The notes beneath the pieces are model-generated. The model was not told the origin of the DNA. It saw only the letters and a program-made list of their open reading frames with translations, and made no database searches. From a virus (taxonomy: Duplodnaviria; Heunggongvirae; Uroviricota; Caudoviricetes), in the IMG/VR virus record IMGVR_UViG_3300029922_002860: DNA of 23,252 nucleotides. One strand, 5' to 3'. Of the stretch, positions 14,269 through 21,412 are shown in pieces; the first letter of the stretch is position 1, and each line of letters opens with the position of its first letter. A program made the position numbers and the translations under genes.

Positions 14269-16422
14269 ATGGCAACCAAGGAAATCGCTGATTTTGGTCA
14301 GAAGATCGGTGGCGCTCGAAAAGACCTCCGCGGCAACGTCCGCCTAGAAGACATCCGGGAAATGACCATGGAGGAGATGCTGGAGCTTGTGACGAAGAAT
14401 GTCGTCTGGCCAACGCCCGACTATGAGGAGATGGTCGCGACCCAAGGTTACACGCAGAAGGCGGCCCTCATGGTGAAATCGTTGAGGGACTGTTTCCCAG
14501 CGGCGCCAAAGTGCAGCGCCACTGCAACCGATGCGGACAGGACCCGCGCCTCGGAAATGTACGCCACCCTCGTGAACGCTGCGAAGGCTGTTGCTGCCCG
14601 TGGCAAAACCGAGGCGGAACTCGCGAAGGCGTTCAACGACGCCCCCGAGGCGAAAGAGTGGCTCGCGGACTTCTCGTCGGCACCGAACCCCTCGACCTAC
14701 CGTGGCTACGGCCGCGACAACTATGTCCCCGCCAAGCGCTACAACGAGGCAATCGAGGCCGCGTTTGGGAGGTCGTGCCTCAGCGATAGTCATTTCATGA
14801 TCGGCAGCTTCCGGACGTTCGCAGCGGGAAGCCTCGATTCCACCTCGAACCGGATTCTTAAGAAGAACCCGCAGTGGCCAGCCGGCACCTCACAGGCCGA
14901 AGCCTTTTTGCGCAGGTCGCAGATCGGGGTGATTCCTATTGGAACCGACGGCTTCCGTATCGGAAGGAGCGGCACGCTACCGGTTCCGCACACCTACTCC
15001 CACCATGAGTTGAGCCGCGTGGGCTTTGATGACGCCACCCTGGCGAAGCTCTTCAAGACCAAGGAAGAGGCCGATGCGGCAATGCTTGTGGTGGCCGAGG
15101 CCCACTACGCAACCAAGCGCTCCGGGGCCAAAGCCAAGCGCGAGGCCCTGCTCCAGAGGGCTAAAGGCGCAGTCGTTGTCGGCGACGGCCTGGTGGACAG
15201 GGTCGGTAAGAATTGGCGTGACGGGGCCGATGTCGAGGGGGAGGATTACCTTCGCGTATTCGGACTTCGCGGGGGCGAGTTCGGCCTCTGGGTCAATCAA
15301 GAGGAGCGCCAGATGGTCCTCAACAAGGGCTTCGACTCGTTCCACGACCTGGCGGACGTGATGGCCTTGGAGCCTTCGCACACCTCGCTCGGAGGCACCC
15401 TCTCGATTGCGTTCGGAGCGCGCGGGAATGGAGGCTGGGCCGCCGCCCATTACGAGCCGGGACGCCGCGTTTTCAACCTCACCAAGCCCTCGGGAGAGGG
15501 ATGTTTCTGCCACGAATGGTTCCATGCGTTGGACCATCACCTCGGTCGTCGGGCAACCGACCTGGGCCTCGTCGAGCGAATCCGCGACCCCGAGCACGCG
15601 CCCTACCTGACGAATGTCACCCTCAAGAAGAAGTCGCCGGAAGCTGTGGAGTCGCCGGAGGCTACCTACTTGCGCGAGGTGCATGACGCAGTGGACTCCA
15701 TTCCGGTCTCGAACGATCCGAAGACCAAGGCGGTCCTGCTGACTGAGGCAAAGAAGCGGTACGAGGAAAACGTGCGCTGGCTGATGATTCAAGTCGCCGC
15801 GGCGGAGAACTTCCTGGACCGGACCACGTGGATTCCCCAAGACAAGCGCGCCGAGCTGTCCGGGCTGATCTCCCGCATGCGCAGCCCAGACCCCGAGCGG
15901 AAGCAGGAAGATTTCCACAGCGCCGTAGGATCTTTGGTCGTAGCCCCCGAGTTGGTCCGGTTCCCGAACAGGCACGTGCTCTCGTACTACCAGACCGAGA
16001 TGCTAAAGGCCGCAGTCAGCGTGCGGGACTCGGAGCAACTGCCCGACGGTTGGACAGGGGAGGCTGTTAAGCGCAAGACCAACTATGCATCAGCGGTCGC
16101 GAAACTCGATAAGCAGCGGTCGTCCCCCTACTACTCGAAGCAACACGAGATGTTCGCGCGCGTAGGCGAGGCTGTCATTGCCGACGAACTCGTCGCTCGC
16201 GGACGCGCAAACTACTTTCTTGTCGCGGGAGCTTCCGGGGAAGCCTACCCGCAGGCGGAAGAGCGTGATGGTTTCCGGACGAAATTCATGCCGCTCCTAA
16301 AGGGCCTCGCCGGACATCTTCCGAAGGTTGTTTCCGAAGTGGGCCGGCGCGAGTGCCCTCCCCTCCCCCAGCCCCGTGCAGCAGCTGTTGCCTTTCAGGG
16401 CGAACAGATGACCCTTATCTAA
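14269..16422 (+). CDS. Large polyvalent protein-associated (LPD1-type) zincin metallopeptidase-like protein (start revised to 14269, 717 aa)
   Basis: DFGQKIGGARKD N-terminus; GGEFGLWVNQEER...LSIAFGARG...AAAHYEP...NLTK...CHEWFHALDH (HExxH); YYSKQHEMFARVGEA, typical of LPD1-containing proteins of phages and conjugative elements; ends in QMTLI. Confidence 0.82.
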   Translation: MATKEIADFGQKIGGARKDLRGNVRLEDIREMTMEEMLELVTKNVVWPTPDYEEMVATQGYTQKAALMVKSLRDCFPAAPKCSATATDADRTRASEMYATLVNAAKAVAARGKTEAELAKAFNDAPEAKEWLADFSSAPNPSTYRGYGRDNYVPAKRYNEAIEAAFGRSCLSDSHFMIGSFRTFAAGSLDSTSNRILKKNPQWPAGTSQAEAFLRRSQIGVIPIGTDGFRIGRSGTLPVPHTYSHHELSRVGFDDATLAKLFKTKEEADAAMLVVAEAHYATKRSGAKAKREALLQRAKGAVVVGDGLVDRVGKNWRDGADVEGEDYLRVFGLRGGEFGLWVNQEERQMVLNKGFDSFHDLADVMALEPSHTSLGGTLSIAFGARGNGGWAAAHYEPGRRVFNLTKPSGEGCFCHEWFHALDHHLGRRATDLGLVERIRDPEHAPYLTNVTLKKKSPEAVESPEATYLREVHDAVDSIPVSNDPKTKAVLLTEAKKRYEENVRWLMIQVAAAENFLDRTTWIPQDKRAELSGLISRMRSPDPERKQEDFHSAVGSLVVAPELVRFPNRHVLSYYQTEMLKAAVSVRDSEQLPDGWTGEAVKRKTNYASAVAKLDKQRSSPYYSKQHEMFARVGEAVIADELVARGRANYFLVAGASGEAYPQAEERDGFRTKFMPLLKGLAGHLPKVVSEVGRRECPPLPQPRAAAVAFQGEQMTLI

Positions 16423-16429
16423 CCCTCCT

Positions 16430-16732
16430 ATGAACCTTCCCGCTGAAACCATGACGCCGACGAAGGCGTTTGCCGAACTCGCCGCGCTTTACCCTGCCGA
16501 GGTTTCCTCGTTGCTCAGGCTGCCGAAGCCCGAAGCGGTCGAACTGCTCCACCTGGCAGGCAAGATCGCTTGCGAAGACCAATCTGACCCTGTTGGCACG
16601 GCCGCAGCCAAGCTACGCGACGCCCTCGGGCTGGATCGTGGAGACACGGAGACGATCACAAAGCCGCTATCCCCTGCTGAAAGCGACCTCTACGACAGCC
16701 TTTGCGCTGAAGTTCTCAGGCTCCTGGCCTGA
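16430..16732 (+). CDS. Hypothetical helical protein, 100 aa
   Basis: Starts 7 nt after the LPD gene stop; co-oriented. Confidence 0.6.
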   Translation: MNLPAETMTPTKAFAELAALYPAEVSSLLRLPKPEAVELLHLAGKIACEDQSDPVGTAAAKLRDALGLDRGDTETITKPLSPAESDLYDSLCAEVLRLLA

Positions 16733-16759
16733 GGCGAGGTAGCAGCTTACTTACACAGC

Positions 16760-17437
16760 GTGTGCGCTTACCCATCCCCTGTTCAGGATACCACGGTAGC
16801 GATTGGCCCACGTCGCTCGGCCTCAACCAAGAAACTTGGATTTCGCCCGACCTTCAGTCCGGCTGAAATTACGGCACAACAGGGTAGCCCTGGGGGAATA
16901 GATCCAGTCTATTTCGCAGCTGCTGCGGCTCGCGGCCATCTCCATCGGTTCTCAATGGAGGCGCTCGAATCGCTGGATTTTCAGGCCCAAAGGTATGTGA
17001 TGCAAATCACCCTGTTGCACACGGCGGCGTTCTTCAGCCGGCTAGACCAAATTCCTGCGTCAAAGCTGACGGAGGAGTCTCTATGCATTGCGAACAAGAA
17101 CGGGTTCACCCCGTTGCATTTTGCCGCGATGAAGGGGTGCCTCTACCAAATCCCTCCAGAACTCATTACGGAGAGGGCACTGTTGCAAGCAACCCTAAGA
17201 GGCCACTCGGTAATCGACTACGCCGAAGCGTATGGCCACCGCGACCAGTTGCCGCCCGAAACCATGCCACTGCCCGCTAAGTCAATTCTCCGCGCGGTCA
17301 AGAAGAAGCCGGAACCTTTATCCCGTAGTACCGCGACCTTCGATTTCTTTGGAGAGCATACTCCGGCAACCCGAGCCATTTTGCGCCCGCTACCGACCCC
17401 TAAACCCGCTCCTGTTCAAGGAGCTTCGATCCGCTGA
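16760..17437 (+). CDS. Ankyrin-repeat-like protein (start uncertain)
   Basis: TLLHTAA, NKNGFTPLHFAAMKG and GHSVIDYAEAYGH ankyrin-like units. Confidence 0.7.
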   Translation: MCAYPSPVQDTTVAIGPRRSASTKKLGFRPTFSPAEITAQQGSPGGIDPVYFAAAAARGHLHRFSMEALESLDFQAQRYVMQITLLHTAAFFSRLDQIPASKLTEESLCIANKNGFTPLHFAAMKGCLYQIPPELITERALLQATLRGHSVIDYAEAYGHRDQLPPETMPLPAKSILRAVKKKPEPLSRSTATFDFFGEHTPATRAILRPLPTPKPAPVQGASIR

Positions 17438-17456
17438 TTTGACGGAAAGCACGCAC

Positions 17457-17696
17457 TTAAGCGGCCACGGCCTGGGCACGTAGTCCCAATTGTACAGCCC
17501 GGACCGTCGCCACCCTGACTCCCGCCCGCCTCGCCTGCTTAGCCTTCCTCCTGGCTAGGAAGAAGTCGCCGCCGCGCTCGATGGCCATCCTGCCGTTGCT
17601 GAAGTCCGACGCGAAAACCGCCTTAACGCTGTCCTGAGGGAAGCGCTTTTGGCCGATCAGGTAAAGCTGGCTTTGAGGCAGCTTGCAGCAGGGCAA
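17457..17696 (-). CDS. Small basic hypothetical protein, 79 aa
   Basis: Follows the 17705..18370 stop closely; start codon uncertain. Confidence 0.4.
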   Translation of the reverse strand: MPCCKLPQSQLYLIGQKRFPQDSVKAVFASDFSNGRMAIERGGDFFLARRKAKQARRAGVRVATVRAVQLGLRAQAVAA

Positions 17697-17704
17697 ATCT
17701 CAGC

Positions 17705-18370
17705 TTACGCTTGTGCCTGCTGCGGCTCTTCGAACAACGTAGCCTGACCATCGCCGGCGGCGGGCTTCGCCTTGCGCCTGAGGTGGCTCGTGTCGATGGC
17801 TCCGAGCGACAAGTCGAAATCGGGTAAGAAATCCGGCACGGCCGAGGTCCCGTCGCTGTGCTTCGAGCTGATGTTTCGATTCACTGGGGCGACGACCAGG
17901 ATTTCCTGGGGGCCGACTACGATGGGTTTCGATGAGATCCGCGAAAGGACGACGCCACGGGGCGTTTGCCTTAGGAGGATGTAGGCGGTGGGTTTCGGAG
18001 CACATTCCCGGCTGATGGCGGCCGGAAGGGCTCCCGTCAGGGCGTAACAAGCGACCTTCCTTCCTGTGATGGTGCAGGCTCTCGTACCGGCCACAACCAG
18101 GGCGCCGCTTCGGACCATTTCGGAGATCCGCGAGCCGTTGGTCATCTTCGGGTACCCGTAGGCTTGGGCCGCAGCGAATATCTCCCGCTGTGTGAGCGTT
18201 GCGCTTGGGGATTTCGCCATCGTCAGGAGCAACTGCTGCACCCGTTCCGAACGCACATTGTCTGTAAACTCTCCCCACTGCGCCAGGACCCTTGCTCGTG
18301 CGTCCCCCTGTCCCTCGATAGTGCTTAGGGGGAAGGGGGTGACTGGGCTGCCTTCGGGTGCAGTGTTCAT
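17705..18370 (-). CDS. Winged helix-turn-helix-like protein, 221 aa, with C-terminal QATLF
   Basis: TLTQREIF...TNGSRISEMVRSGALVVAGTRACTITGRKVACY resembles phage wHTH domains; GGAG upstream of the ATG. Confidence 0.65.
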   Translation of the reverse strand: MNTAPEGSPVTPFPLSTIEGQGDARARVLAQWGEFTDNVRSERVQQLLLTMAKSPSATLTQREIFAAAQAYGYPKMTNGSRISEMVRSGALVVAGTRACTITGRKVACYALTGALPAAISRECAPKPTAYILLRQTPRGVVLSRISSKPIVVGPQEILVVAPVNRNISSKHSDGTSAVPDFLPDFDLSLGAIDTSHLRRKAKPAAGDGQATLFEEPQQAQA

Positions 18371-18403
18371 AGGAGGCTCCGGGCTTCGTGTTTCCTGGGT
18401 TCG

Positions 18404-18472
18404 TTAATTGGCGTCCATGGAAGCGGCAGCGGCCAGTGCTGCTGTTCGTGCTTTGGTTCGATAGACTGCCAT
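18404..18472 (-). CDS. Possible 22-aa leader/small ORF (MAVYRTKARTAALAAAASMDAN)
   Basis: ATG 6 nt after CATACT at 18479-18484; below the ORF-track size cutoff. Confidence 0.35.
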   Translation of the reverse strand: MAVYRTKARTAALAAAASMDAN

Positions 18473-18473
18473 G

Positions 18474-18487
18474 CCTAAAGTATGGGT
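18474..18487 (-). promoter_or_regulatory. CCCATACTTTAGG promoter-like motif
   Basis: Same motif as at 12513 and 21059. Confidence 0.55.
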
Positions 18488-18840
18488 AGGGTTGCCTCAT
18501 GAAGCCTTCAGATGCCTCTCGAAAGGCGTTTCTTTGCCCTAGGAACCACCTATTCGTCCCCGGGCCTTAGGACGGTGGCTCAGAGGGCCTCGCCAGCGGG
18601 GAATTGGCTAAAAACAGGCCGGCAACAATCTTTGGGCCGTGACCTCAACCGGCAGCGATCCCTCCTCCGGCGTTCAAGAATTCTCAGGGCGCGCAACCTA
18701 GGCAAACGGGCCAGGAAGAAATGGCCTGTGGTGGTGGCAAAATCCGGAGGGATGCAAAGTGGTGTTGTGGCAGAGTTTGCGCTTCAGCACACAATTCCCG
18801 TGTCCGTCCCAGGCCGTTTCGAGCGAGTATTTGCCCCTTA

Positions 18841-18864
18841 GGGGGGTCCCCCCGGGGGGCCTCC
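18841..18864. repeat. GGGGGGTCCCCCCGGGGGGCCTCC nested palindromes, copy 2 of the 17-mer
   Basis: G6-T-C6-G6 run in a ~430-nt region with no confident ORF. Confidence 0.6.
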
Positions 18865-18906
18865 CAAGAGTCGAGGCCGAGGGGTATCTCACTGCGAGGC
18901 GCTGGG

Positions 18907-19998
18907 TTAGGATGAATCCACGAGGAAGTTGCGTTCCCGCGAACGGTCTCCGTGTCGCGCATCTCGGAGGCCGGCGAACTCCTTGGCGACAAATTTCCCG
19001 ACGCAAACGGGGAATTCCGCCAGCGCAAACTTGGCAGCTATCCGAGCGACGAACCCCTCCAGCGGGTTTCCGTCCAACTCCCGTCGGTAGATTCCCCGTG
19101 CAAGCTTCTCATCCCACAGTCCCCGATAAAGCACAGGGACAACCGTGAGGCCAAGCAGGCTGCACCATTCCAGGGTCTCGTCCCAGCTCAGGCACTCGTT
19201 CCGATCATTCCAGACCGAGTGAGCGAAGAAATAGGTCGGCAGGCGGTACTTGATGGTGTGCGTCTCGAACATGTTCTCGCCGCAAACCCTCCACCCTTTG
19301 GGGATCTGCCAACCCCACGATGCATGGAAGTTCCGGACCCAGTTCTGAGCGTCGCTGTGTCGGCCGTCTACCGCGCGCGCATGAAGGTAATCCGTGTAAC
19401 AGGTGGTCTGCTCCCCATCGAGCTTCGCCGAGAGGACGATCTGCGCACCACGAAACCGGTCGATATTCGGCATGAATTCATCGTCCTCGGTCGCTCCTTC
19501 GGACCAAGGGAGGTGAGAGGTGCGCGGGTGCTTGACCCAGTCAGTAAATCCCAGGAGGGCGTCGCCGGCGCGGAGCACGGCCTGGACGGATTCGTCCATG
19601 AAGAGCGGCCCCTTTGCTCGCTGGCCGTTGCTTAGGTAAGGGTTCCCCCACTTGTCGTACCGTTGGTCGCTGTAGAGATCCATTGGCAGGGCGATCTCCT
19701 CGATCCCCGCCTTTTCCCGGATCTCCTCGCAGCTGATTAGGGTCGCCTCCGCCTTCAGGTGGCACGACTCCATTGACCCGTTGTCGCACAGTGTCGCGCC
19801 GTTCGAGAGGAAGTAGCCGCCCACTTCCTCTGGGTGGATGAATAGGCGGCGCTCGACGATGTGGTGAGCGTCCAAGCGCCATCCTTCGCCTTCCTTGCGC
19901 CCACAGATCACGCAACAACCGTCGCGCTTAAGCACGCCAGCACGAAACGAGTCCCTGTCGAGCAGGCGCCGGGCGATTGGTTTTCGTGAGGCAGGCAT
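18907..19998 (-). CDS. HNH domain-RNA ligase fusion, 363 aa
   Basis: N-terminal CCVICG...LDAHHI...SNGATLC...CH (HNH-like, Zn-binding); C-terminal KHPRTSHLPWS, KLDGE (nucleotidyltransferase motif I), GENM, EGFV and KFV. Confidence 0.85.
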   Translation of the reverse strand: MPASRKPIARRLLDRDSFRAGVLKRDGCCVICGRKEGEGWRLDAHHIVERRLFIHPEEVGGYFLSNGATLCDNGSMESCHLKAEATLISCEEIREKAGIEEIALPMDLYSDQRYDKWGNPYLSNGQRAKGPLFMDESVQAVLRAGDALLGFTDWVKHPRTSHLPWSEGATEDDEFMPNIDRFRGAQIVLSAKLDGEQTTCYTDYLHARAVDGRHSDAQNWVRNFHASWGWQIPKGWRVCGENMFETHTIKYRLPTYFFAHSVWNDRNECLSWDETLEWCSLLGLTVVPVLYRGLWDEKLARGIYRRELDGNPLEGFVARIAAKFALAEFPVCVGKFVAKEFAGLRDARHGDRSRERNFLVDSS

Positions 19999-20072
19999 GG
20001 GCTCTTCGAGACTAGATGGCTCCCTCGGCGAAAATCATCCGCCGGGCTACCGAGGCAACGTCACGCCAGGCT

Positions 20073-20330
20073 TTATCCCCCCGATGAGACCGCGGTGGCC
20101 GCCAGCGGCCGCTTCGGCTCCCCAGGGGCGCCGTTGATGTACTTCCTGCTGAAGATTAGGCCCTTTTCCGTGAGGCGTTTGACCGCAATCGCGGCAAGCT
20201 CTTCCCCAAGTTCATCGGCCTTGGCAATGAATATCCTCTCCTCCGTCTTCGGAGTCGTCTCGACGTAAATCGCCACCTGCCGGTTTGTCGCCAACTGCGG
20301 GGCCTCTGAATCGCGTCGCATGTTTCGCAT
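20073..20330 (-). CDS. Hypothetical protein, about 85 aa
   Basis: Co-oriented ORF between the macro-domain and ligase genes. Confidence 0.45.
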   Translation of the reverse strand: MRNMRRDSEAPQLATNRQVAIYVETTPKTEERIFIAKADELGEELAAIAVKRLTEKGLIFSRKYINGAPGEPKRPLAATAVSSGG

Positions 20331-20360
20331 ATAGGAATAATCGTCGTTTGCCTGTAAGTT

Positions 20361-20864
20361 TCAACCAGCCCGGCCGACAAATGATGCAAAGGGCTTGAGT
20401 TTCACTATGGTTAACTTCGGAAAAAGCCTGCGCAGGATCGCCTGGCATTGAGCCCAGTCACCCAGGCCGCAATGGTAGCCCATCCGGTACGGCACGTAAA
20501 CCGGTAGCTGTGCCAAGGGGGTGTTTCGGATGGATTTTGCTGCATTATGAATGGCCTCTCCGACTACAGCCATGTTGGCCTCCTCGGTCCCGTATCGCAC
20601 GAAGCAGTGGGCGATGGCAATGTCTCCATTGGCTCCGACCCGGGCCTGGCCAAGCATGCGATCCCAGTTGACGCCAACCTTGCGCAGAGACTCGTCGTGG
20701 ACCTCAAACTGGAGTGGGAATTTCGTCTTCAGTGCCGTCCCGTAGTCTCCGAGCGAGCCCGAGCAACACGTCTGGTGGAAGATCACCCCACGGGTCACTT
20801 CGAAAATGTCTCCTTCGACGACATTCCCTGCATCAGCTTCGGAGATGAAATGAAAGTCGGCCAT
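20361..20864 (-). CDS. Macro-domain-like (Poa1p/TARG1-type) protein, 167 aa
   Basis: VEGDIFEVTRGVIFHQTCCSGSLG...ALKTKFP and VPYRMGYHCGLGDW...IL resemble the macro-domain motifs GDLF...HQxNC and MPxIGCGLxGGDW, with substitutions. Confidence 0.65.
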   Translation of the reverse strand: MADFHFISEADAGNVVEGDIFEVTRGVIFHQTCCSGSLGDYGTALKTKFPLQFEVHDESLRKVGVNWDRMLGQARVGANGDIAIAHCFVRYGTEEANMAVVGEAIHNAAKSIRNTPLAQLPVYVPYRMGYHCGLGDWAQCQAILRRLFPKLTIVKLKPFASFVGRAG

Positions 20865-20870
20865 AGGCTG

Positions 20871-21050
20871 TCACTGCGGCCTGATCTTGAGCGGCCCTAG
20901 ACTGCCCCATCGAGGGCGGTCCACGATGGCCTGGATGGCTGCGTCCTGCCGGTCCCTGGCGAAGATCGACCGTCTTTGTTTTGGCGCATAGAGCGGGTAC
21001 ACGCTGAAGCGTTGGATCAAGGAGGTGCTGTCGGCGGTCGCGGAGGACAT
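20871..21050 (-). CDS. Small hypothetical protein, 59 aa (not in the ORF track)
   Basis: ATG 21050 to TGA 20871, downstream of the CCCCATACT motif; ends 6 nt before the macro-domain ATG. Confidence 0.5.
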   Translation of the reverse strand: MSSATADSTSLIQRFSVYPLYAPKQRRSIFARDRQDAAIQAIVDRPRWGSLGPLKIRPQ

Positions 21051-21058
21051 GGGTTAAC

Positions 21059-21073
21059 CCTTAAAGTATGGGG
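21059..21073 (-). promoter_or_regulatory. CCCCATACTTTAAGG promoter-like motif
   Basis: Upstream of ATG 21050. Confidence 0.55.
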
Positions 21074-21105
21074 TGATTTGGGTAGAAACACCTAGGAAGC
21101 GCATC

Positions 21106-21321
21106 CTAGAAGATCATCCCCTCGACGGTCATGGTGTCGTCTACCCAAAGGCCGCCTCCCACCCCAGGCACAGCCAAGCGGTGCTCGACGTTGCCCTCCC
21201 GGACCCTGCTCGTGATGCGGGCGAACGTCGCCCCTGCGTAGGCCCGGAGCGCATTTGCAGCGTCTTTTCGGATCGTGCGAGTGTCCTTCTGGGGCGGAAC
21301 CGTCGTTGGCGCTGGCATCAT
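21106..21321 (-). CDS. Small hypothetical protein, about 71 aa (start revised to 21321 or 21318)
   Basis: ATGATG directly after a CCCCCATCTT motif (21327-21336), downstream of the RNR terminator. Confidence 0.5.
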   Translation of the reverse strand: MMPAPTTVPPQKDTRTIRKDAANALRAYAGATFARITSRVREGNVEHRLAVPGVGGGLWVDDTMTVEGMIF

Positions 21322-21336
21322 ACCCCAAGATGGGGG

Positions 21337-21374
21337 AAAAGAAACAGGGGCCGAAGACTGCTCTTCGGCCCCTG
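21337..21374 (-). terminator. Rho-independent terminator after the RNR gene
   Basis: Minus strand CAGGGGCCGAAGA-GCAG-TCTTCGGCCCCTG (perfect 13-bp stem) followed by TTTCTTTT. Confidence 0.85.
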
Positions 21375-21412
21375 CCACAACAACTAAACAACGACTAACC
21401 TGACAATTCGTC

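Noticed and set aside
14344-15975. Antisense ORFs 14344..14793 and 14977..15975
   Set aside because: Shadows of the motif-rich LPD1 gene on the plus strand.
17700-18500. 266-aa alternative-frame ORF
   Set aside because: It overlaps the better-supported 17705..18370 (RBS, wHTH-like motifs) and is Arg/Pro-rich off-frame sequence.
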